DNA from: Escherichia coli
Lineage (GTDB): Bacteria; Pseudomonadota; Gammaproteobacteria; Enterobacterales; Enterobacteriaceae
Length of the DNA stretch: 64,000 bases
Assembly (NCBI RefSeq): GCF_001677475.2
Contig: NZ_CP015229.1
Reading direction: 5' to 3' (one strand)
This document shows positions 57,850 through 64,000 of the stretch, in pieces. The position numbers were made by a program, and so were the translations under genes. The notes under the pieces were generated by a model. It was not told the origin of the DNA, did not search any database, and saw only the letters and a list, made by a program, of their open reading frames with translations. Numbering within the stretch: position 1 is the stretch's first letter; each line of letters starts with the position of its first letter.

Positions 57850-58908
57850 TTATTTGCGCAAGGCCCGGCAAATCAGATTCGATAGCAACTCAAGCTGATG
57901 TGCCGTTTCCATGTTCAGCCACACATAACCATAGATTGGTGTTTCCACAACCTTCAGGTCATGGTGGTTATTGAGCAACTGACGCAGCTCTTCCACAGCA
58001 TCGTTCAATTTTTCCGTATTGGCAAAAACCGGCTGCGGATTACCTTCGTACAACGCATGAACAAGGCTCAGCAGTATTTGCTGCATCATGTGCTGGGTAT
58101 CACGAAGTTTTTGCGCGTTCAATAACACGAAATGGCTGGGGCGCGTGGCCCAGTACGCATTGATTTGCAACTCCAGCATACAAACCAGATTGCGGTTAAT
58201 GGTCTGGATACCTTCATATATCGATTTTGGAATACGGGTTTCTTTGCTAGCGGGCGCAATCAGCCCACGCATTTTCACAGCATCGGTCAGGAGTTTTTGT
58301 AGATGGCTTTCCAGACGTGGGCGTTCGAGTAAGTTCGGTGAGAATGCTGATTGATAGACCCGATTATACTCGGTCAGACTTTTCGCCAGTTGAATGCGCC
58401 AGTGGATGAACGCCCGTTGTGGCCAGATACCGGTAAATAACATTGCCAGTAAAGAGCCGAGGATCACATCGCCGCTTCGCCATAACGCCGTATCAATTTC
58501 ACCTGTCGGCGAACCCACAACAATTGCTAGCGTCACCCCAATCAATAATCCTTGATACGGTTTCTTGCCCAGCGCCATCCAACCGCAAAGAAACATAGCC
58601 GCCGCGCACCAGACTAACATCAGCGGTAACGAAATTAACTCCAGTTGCAGAGCGATAAGACCTAAAATCGACCCCAACACCGTACCGCCAATACGTTCGA
58701 AGGCGCGAGGGACTACGTTACCCCAGAACGAGATTGGCCCCATAATCACCACCATGGTGACCAGCGGCCAGGTGCTTTCAGGGATAGTAAACAGGCGGAT
58801 AATGAGAAAAGTGAGCAGGAATGCCAGCGCGACCCGAGTACCATGCACAATGCGGTAATGGCGGTATACCCGGATTTCAAACGGGCTTAATGACTTATCG
58901 GCACGCAC
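57850..58908 (-). CDS. yeeA: FUSC-family inner membrane protein YeeA
   Basis: 352 aa, multiple TM helices; position between yeeX and sbmC as in E. coli. Confidence 0.8.
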   Translation of the reverse strand: MRADKSLSPFEIRVYRHYRIVHGTRVALAFLLTFLIIRLFTIPESTWPLVTMVVIMGPISFWGNVVPRAFERIGGTVLGSILGLIALQLELISLPLMLVWCAAAMFLCGWMALGKKPYQGLLIGVTLAIVVGSPTGEIDTALWRSGDVILGSLLAMLFTGIWPQRAFIHWRIQLAKSLTEYNRVYQSAFSPNLLERPRLESHLQKLLTDAVKMRGLIAPASKETRIPKSIYEGIQTINRNLVCMLELQINAYWATRPSHFVLLNAQKLRDTQHMMQQILLSLVHALYEGNPQPVFANTEKLNDAVEELRQLLNNHHDLKVVETPIYGYVWLNMETAHQLELLSNLICRALRK

Positions 58909-59105
58909 GCAGAAACTCCGTAATGAAAATTAAAAGCGCTCATAACACATCTGTCGGCCAGAAGGCGCGCCTCTGAGTTATCCGACGGACATACCGGGAA
59001 CAGTGTAATTTCCCGGCAGGAGCGAAAAAATTGAAAGGCGCATCTTACTCTTTTCGCTTTCAAAAAAAGAGTGGTCATCGCGTTAACACACCGCCCTAAG
59101 ATGAA

Positions 59106-59579
59106 TTAGTGATGTTTTGGCTGCACCGCAACATACATTTCGATATCCCAGTACCCATCTTCCGCGCCATTGTTCAAATAAACCTCAAAACAGGGCTTTG
59201 GTAACATTTCATAAGCACTGTCTTGCAAGAGGCTATTAAAGAACTGATACCAGGGTTTAGCAAAATCATCACCGACTACACGAGCTACCGCCACCGCATA
59301 CTGACCACCTGAAATTTCTGTCAGAATGACGCCCTCACTGTTTTCGGGGAGCGTGAAGTAACCCGGCACCGTCACGACGGTGTCGCAGCGTAATTTTTCG
59401 GCGGGTGTTTCGTCTGGATTGTCGTAATAGACAGCAACCCACTCCTTCGGCACAATATTTTGGCTATCTACCCACATCATCAACTGCTCAAAACCTTTCT
59501 TTACCGTCTGCTCCCACGGGCCAACGAGATGGAAACCTGCAACGGTACGTTTATCTTCCTGCTTAATCTCGTAGTTCAT
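59106..59579 (-). CDS. sbmC: DNA gyrase inhibitor SbmC (GyrI)
   Basis: 157 aa; [39 protein letters not shown]... matches SbmC. Confidence 0.9.
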   Translation of the reverse strand: MNYEIKQEDKRTVAGFHLVGPWEQTVKKGFEQLMMWVDSQNIVPKEWVAVYYDNPDETPAEKLRCDTVVTVPGYFTLPENSEGVILTEISGGQYAVAVARVVGDDFAKPWYQFFNSLLQDSAYEMLPKPCFEVYLNNGAEDGYWDIEMYVAVQPKHH

Positions 59580-59723
59580 GAAGCCTCCATTAATACTGTT
59601 TTTATATACAGTATAGTTGCAATATTAAAACCACAAGGAATGAGTGTTGATTATGCGAGCAGACTCGCACTCCTGCCAGTCTGCTGCAAAAGAAAGGTCA
59701 GGCCTTATGGTGGAAATAATCAC

Positions 59724-60869
59724 TCAGGCGAGAAAACATGCTGCCTCCCCGACAGATTCCAGGGTAACCAGCGGCCAGTGCGCCACCTGTTTATCACGGT
59801 CGTAAAGTTCAATTTCCCCTACCCGCTGATGGGCGCTAATTGGCGCGGTGAGCTCTTTACCATCAAGGGTATATTTGGCTTTGATATGTGGAATTTCAGC
59901 TTTCGGTAGCACCATCCAGAACTCTTGTTCCGTTCCCAAGGCGATATTTTCTTTATCGCCATACCAGATGCGTTCCGTACCGACCTTTTTCCCACGGTGC
60001 AAAATTTGCACCGTAGTAAAGTTTTGTTGCCCCCAACGCAGTAATTTTCTTGCCTCTTCCTCACGACCTTTTGCACTGTCAGCCCCCATTACCACTGCAA
60101 TGAGACGACGCTGCCCATCTACAGCCGAAGCAATGAGGTTAAACCCGGCACCAGAAGTATGACCCGTTTTCAGGCCGTCAACATTCATGGTTTTATCCCA
60201 CAATAACCCGTTACGGTTTTGCTGGGTGATACCGTTCCAGGTGAGGCTTTTCTCACTGTACATATGATAAAACTCGGGCTCGCCGTGGATGATAGCGCGA
60301 GAAAGCACAGCTAAATCATAAGCCGAGCTATGCTGGCCTGGTGCATCCAGACCATGCACTGTTTCAAAATGTGTATCCTTGAGATGCAGCTTCTCGGCAT
60401 AGTTGTTCATCATTGCAACAAACTGCCGTTGCCCGCCGGCAATATAGTCAGCCAGTGCAACACAAGCGTCATTTCCGGAATCCACAATTAAACCACGGCT
60501 TAAATCACGTACCGATACGCGATCGCCCTCTTTCAAAAACATCAGTGAAGAACCGACAAACACTGGATTATCTTTCGCCCACGCATCGCGCCCTACGGTG
60601 ACAATATCGTCTGGCGTAATGCGATGACTATCGATAGCGCGATCCACGACATAACCCGTCATCAGCTTTGTCAGGCTGGCGGGATTGCGCTGTTGATGCT
60701 CATTACCCGCGGTGAGGATCTGTCCGGTGGTGTAATCCATCAGTACCCAGGACCCGGCTTGAATCTGTGGAGGCTGAGGTGAAAAAGGAATGTTTTCCGC
60801 CGCAAAACCAGACGATAAGTTAAAAACGAACAAAGAAGCAGCAATAATAAGACGGCGTTTCAACAGCAA
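59724..60869 (-). CDS. dacD: D-alanyl-D-alanine carboxypeptidase DacD (PBP6b)
   Basis: 381 aa; signal peptide; SxxK (ASLTK), SGN and KTG motifs of class C PBPs. Confidence 0.85.
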   Translation of the reverse strand: MLLKRRLIIAASLFVFNLSSGFAAENIPFSPQPPQIQAGSWVLMDYTTGQILTAGNEHQQRNPASLTKLMTGYVVDRAIDSHRITPDDIVTVGRDAWAKDNPVFVGSSLMFLKEGDRVSVRDLSRGLIVDSGNDACVALADYIAGGQRQFVAMMNNYAEKLHLKDTHFETVHGLDAPGQHSSAYDLAVLSRAIIHGEPEFYHMYSEKSLTWNGITQQNRNGLLWDKTMNVDGLKTGHTSGAGFNLIASAVDGQRRLIAVVMGADSAKGREEEARKLLRWGQQNFTTVQILHRGKKVGTERIWYGDKENIALGTEQEFWMVLPKAEIPHIKAKYTLDGKELTAPISAHQRVGEIELYDRDKQVAHWPLVTLESVGEAACFLA

Positions 60870-61071
60870 ACCCTCAGGAGTTTCAAATAGCTGTTCTTTT
60901 TACGGAAATACTTATGAACTGGCTGGAATAAAGTGCAAGAAAATGTGACTACCCTCGCATTTTTATCTGACATGATCTGTTGCCACTCGCTGTCAAATTG
61001 TTGCGCTAAAGCTGATTAGCAAGGTGATATTTGATACTCTGGCAGACAGCAGTAATAACGGATTTAACCTA

Positions 61072-62499
61072 ATGATGAATGATGGTAAGCAACAATCTAC
61101 CTTTTTGTTTCACGATTACGAAACCTTTGGCACGCACCCCGCGTTAGATCGCCCTGCACAGTTCGCAGCCATTCGCACCGATAGCGAATTCAATGTCATC
61201 GGCGAACCCGAAGTCTTTTACTGCAAGCCCGCGGATGACTATTTACCCCAGCCAGGAGCAGTATTAATTACCGGTATTACCCCGCAGGAAGCACGGGCGA
61301 AAGGAGAAAACGAAGCCGCGTTTGCCGCTCGTATTCACTCACTTTTTACCGTACCGAAGACCTGTATTCTCGGCTACAACAATGTGCGTTTCGACGACGA
61401 AGTCACACGCAACGTTTTTTATCGTAATTTCTACGATCCTTACGCCTGGAGCTGGCAGCATGATAACTCGCGCTGGGATTTACTGGATGTTATGCGTGCC
61501 TGTTATGCCCTGCGCCCGGAAGGAATAAACTGGCCTGAAAATGATGACGGTCTACCGAGCTTTCGCCTTGAGCATTTAACCAAAGCGAATGGTATTGAAC
61601 ATAGCAACGCCCACGATGCAATGGCTGATGTGTACGCCACTATTGCGATGGCGAAACTGGTAAAAACGCGTCAGCCACGCCTGTTTGATTATCTCTTTAC
61701 CCATCGCAATAAACACAAACTAATGGCGTTGATTGATGTTCCGCAGATGAAACCCCTGGTTCACGTTTCCGGAATGTTTGGGGCATGGCGCGGCAATACC
61801 AGCTGGGTAGCACCGCTGGCGTGGCATCCTGAAAATCGCAATGCCGTAATTATGGTGGATTTGGCAGGAGACATTTCGCCATTACTGGAACTGGATAGCG
61901 ACACATTGCGCGAGCGTCTATATACCGCAAAAGCCGATCTTGGCGATAACGCCGCCGTTCCGGTTAAACTGGTGCATATCAATAAATGTCCGGTGCTGGC
62001 CCAGGCGAATACGCTACGCCCGGAAGATGCCGACCGACTGGGAATTAATCGTCAGCATTGCCTCGAAAACCTGAAAATTCTGCGTGAAAATCCGCAAGTG
62101 CGCGAAAAAGTGGTGGCGATATTCGCGGAAGCCGAACCGTTTACGCCTTCAGATAACGTGGATGCACAGCTTTATAACGGCTTTTTCAGTGACGCCGATC
62201 GTGCAGCGATGAAAATTGTGCTGGAAACCGAGCCGCGTAATTTACCGGCACTGGATATCACTTTTGTTGATAAACGGATTGAAAAGCTGTTGTTCAATTA
62301 TCGGGCACGCAACTTCCCGGGGACGCTGGATTATGCCGAGCAGCAACGTTGGCTGGAGCACCGCCGCCAGGTATTCACACCCGAGTTTTTACAAGGCTAT
62401 GCAGAAGAGATTCAGATGCTGGCGCAGCAGTATGCCGACGATAAAGAAAAAGTGGCGCTGTTAAAAGCGCTTTGGCAGTACGCGGAAGAGATTGTCTAA
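61072..62499 (+). CDS. sbcB: Exodeoxyribonuclease I
   Basis: 475 aa from MMNDGKQQSTFLFHDYETFGT (DEDDh exonuclease motif I); the ORF track 61024..62499 is an upstream extension. Confidence 0.9.
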   Translation: MMNDGKQQSTFLFHDYETFGTHPALDRPAQFAAIRTDSEFNVIGEPEVFYCKPADDYLPQPGAVLITGITPQEARAKGENEAAFAARIHSLFTVPKTCILGYNNVRFDDEVTRNVFYRNFYDPYAWSWQHDNSRWDLLDVMRACYALRPEGINWPENDDGLPSFRLEHLTKANGIEHSNAHDAMADVYATIAMAKLVKTRQPRLFDYLFTHRNKHKLMALIDVPQMKPLVHVSGMFGAWRGNTSWVAPLAWHPENRNAVIMVDLAGDISPLLELDSDTLRERLYTAKADLGDNAAVPVKLVHINKCPVLAQANTLRPEDADRLGINRQHCLENLKILRENPQVREKVVAIFAEAEPFTPSDNVDAQLYNGFFSDADRAAMKIVLETEPRNLPALDITFVDKRIEKLLFNYRARNFPGTLDYAEQQRWLEHRRQVFTPEFLQGYAEEIQMLAQQYADDKEKVALLKALWQYAEEIV

Positions 62500-62541
62500 T
62501 GTGAAGCCTCCGCCGCTGGTACGGCGGAGGACAATGTTGAG

Positions 62542-62769
62542 TCAGGCTTTTTGAACGGTGATGCTCCACGCTGCATCGCCAATCTGCTGATAATCGGTGA
62601 TGGCATGTCCTTCTTCTGCCGCCCACTGTGGGATTGCTTCAGTTGCCTGGGTGCAATCAAACTCAATTACCAACTCGTCGCCGCTGGCCATTTCTGCCAG
62701 TGCTGCTTTTGCTTCTATGAGTGGAAACGGACAGACCTGCGTCACCACATCCAGCTTTTTAATCGCCAT
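62542..62769 (-). CDS. yeeD: TusA-like sulfurtransferase YeeD
   Basis: 75 aa with conserved CPFP motif (VTQVCPFPLIEAK). Confidence 0.85.
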   Translation of the reverse strand: MAIKKLDVVTQVCPFPLIEAKAALAEMASGDELVIEFDCTQATEAIPQWAAEEGHAITDYQQIGDAAWSITVQKA

Positions 62770-62782
62770 CTTTACACCTTAC

Positions 62783-63841
62783 TTAATTTGCCGCAGCAGT
62801 TGCCAGTCGCGCCTTACGCTGCGGTCGAACATACATAAGCCAGGACGCAGTCCAGACTCCGAGAATCATAAATACAAGGCCAACCCAGCCCTGCCAGGTC
62901 ATCATTGCAGTCATAACCAATCCATTACCAATAGAGCAACCACCTGCAATACTGGCACCGAAGCCCATCAGTACACCACCTAACCCGCTACGTAATGTTG
63001 TTTGTGCATCAGCTGCGCGAACGCGGAACTCACGGCTCGCTTTGGCTGCAATAAATGACCCCACGAAGATCCCTAACACCAGGAAAACGCCCCAGTTAAT
63101 GTATTTCACATCACCCGCGACCAGAAATTGCAGAATATTGGCCGTTGGGGAAGTGATTCCTAACCCAAACATGCGTCCGGTTGCTTCACTCAGGGGCCAG
63201 GCTAAAAGCGCAATCAAACCGATGAGTACAGCAGTGACAAAGGGATGCCAGCGTTTTTCAAACAGAATATGAGCGATCCCGGTTCGGCGCGGCGGTAAGG
63301 TCGCGACTTTCAGTTTTGGCTTCTTCAACTCTTTCATCACCACCCAGAGCGTTATCACCAGCAAAACGGCAACCAACGGCCACACAGACAAATTAAAAGT
63401 ATCAGCAATAGAGTTATGTTCAGTAGTGTAGTGCTGCAAGGTTTGATTTAAACCACTGGCGTGTGGAGAACGCATCACCGCACTCATCACCATATAAGTG
63501 AAAAGCGCGATCCAACTGCCGATCAATCCCTCACCCGCGCGATACCAGGTACCGGTGGCACATCCACCCGCCAGAACAATTCCCAGCCCGAAGATATACC
63601 CACCTATAACAGTACCAAGCCACGGGAACGCCCCGGCTTCGTAAGTCAGTAGGCCCGCCTGAATTAACGCAAAAACCCCCACGCTTTGTACCGAAATTGC
63701 AATCAGCAGGGCATAAAACATGCGATTATTTTTCGCGATATACATATCGCGAAAACCACCTGTCAGGCAAAAACGCCCACGCTGCATGACAAATCCCAGC
63801 AGAGCACCACAAATTAGCCCGCTTAATATCATTGAAAACAT
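62783..63841 (-). CDS. yeeE: Thiosulfate transporter YeeE/TsuA
   Basis: 352-aa polytopic membrane protein immediately upstream of yeeD on the same strand. Confidence 0.85.
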   Translation of the reverse strand: MFSMILSGLICGALLGFVMQRGRFCLTGGFRDMYIAKNNRMFYALLIAISVQSVGVFALIQAGLLTYEAGAFPWLGTVIGGYIFGLGIVLAGGCATGTWYRAGEGLIGSWIALFTYMVMSAVMRSPHASGLNQTLQHYTTEHNSIADTFNLSVWPLVAVLLVITLWVVMKELKKPKLKVATLPPRRTGIAHILFEKRWHPFVTAVLIGLIALLAWPLSEATGRMFGLGITSPTANILQFLVAGDVKYINWGVFLVLGIFVGSFIAAKASREFRVRAADAQTTLRSGLGGVLMGFGASIAGGCSIGNGLVMTAMMTWQGWVGLVFMILGVWTASWLMYVRPQRKARLATAAAN

Positions 63842-64000
63842 AAATTAATTAACCAGATGAATGTTAATGGGGAAATTATTCATGACTGGTGGAATGCAGA
63901 CCAATAACCAAATTCTCTAAATTAGAACAAATGGTTATTAATGAGGATGTCGATAAGAAAGAATAAAAAAACCGGAGCCAAATGTTCATTCGACTCCGGT

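Overview
This window reads as an Escherichia coli-type chromosomal segment with three parts. (1) Positions 1 to about 13264 are the integrase-proximal arm of a Qin-like lambdoid prophage inserted at the 3-prime end of tRNA-Ser(CGA) (serU-like). It carries a hok type I toxin, a small amino-methyltransferase, lambda P-like and DnaT-like replication genes, a DicC/DicA immunity switch, a ydfABC-dicF-dicB-ydfD cell-division-inhibition operon, a large exonuclease, xis and int; the prophage continues beyond the left edge. (2) Positions 13.4 to 39.2 kb are host backbone: mtfA, asnT, a 2667-aa YeeJ inverse-autotransporter adhesin with a recent internal tandem duplication, yeeL, shiA, amn, yeeN, asnW, yeeO, asnU, cbl interrupted by an intact IS21-family element (istA/istB), nac, asnV, ldtA and cobTSU. 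(3) Positions 39.3 to 57.3 kb hold a cobalamin riboswitch followed by one small orphan ORF where the cbi biosynthesis genes would be expected, then pocR, pduF and a 21-gene pdu microcompartment operon (pduA to pduV, no pduW/pduX), followed by yeeX, yeeA, sbmC, dacD, sbcB, yeeD and yeeE. The most unusual feature is an AT-rich antisense gene for a two-transmembrane-helix protein inserted inside the prophage dicBF operon; it is a candidate phage-exclusion or abortive-infection gene but cannot be shown to be novel from sequence alone. All gene names rest on my recollection of protein families and of K-12 gene order; no database search was run, and coordinates of non-ORF features are hand-counted and may be off by a base or two.
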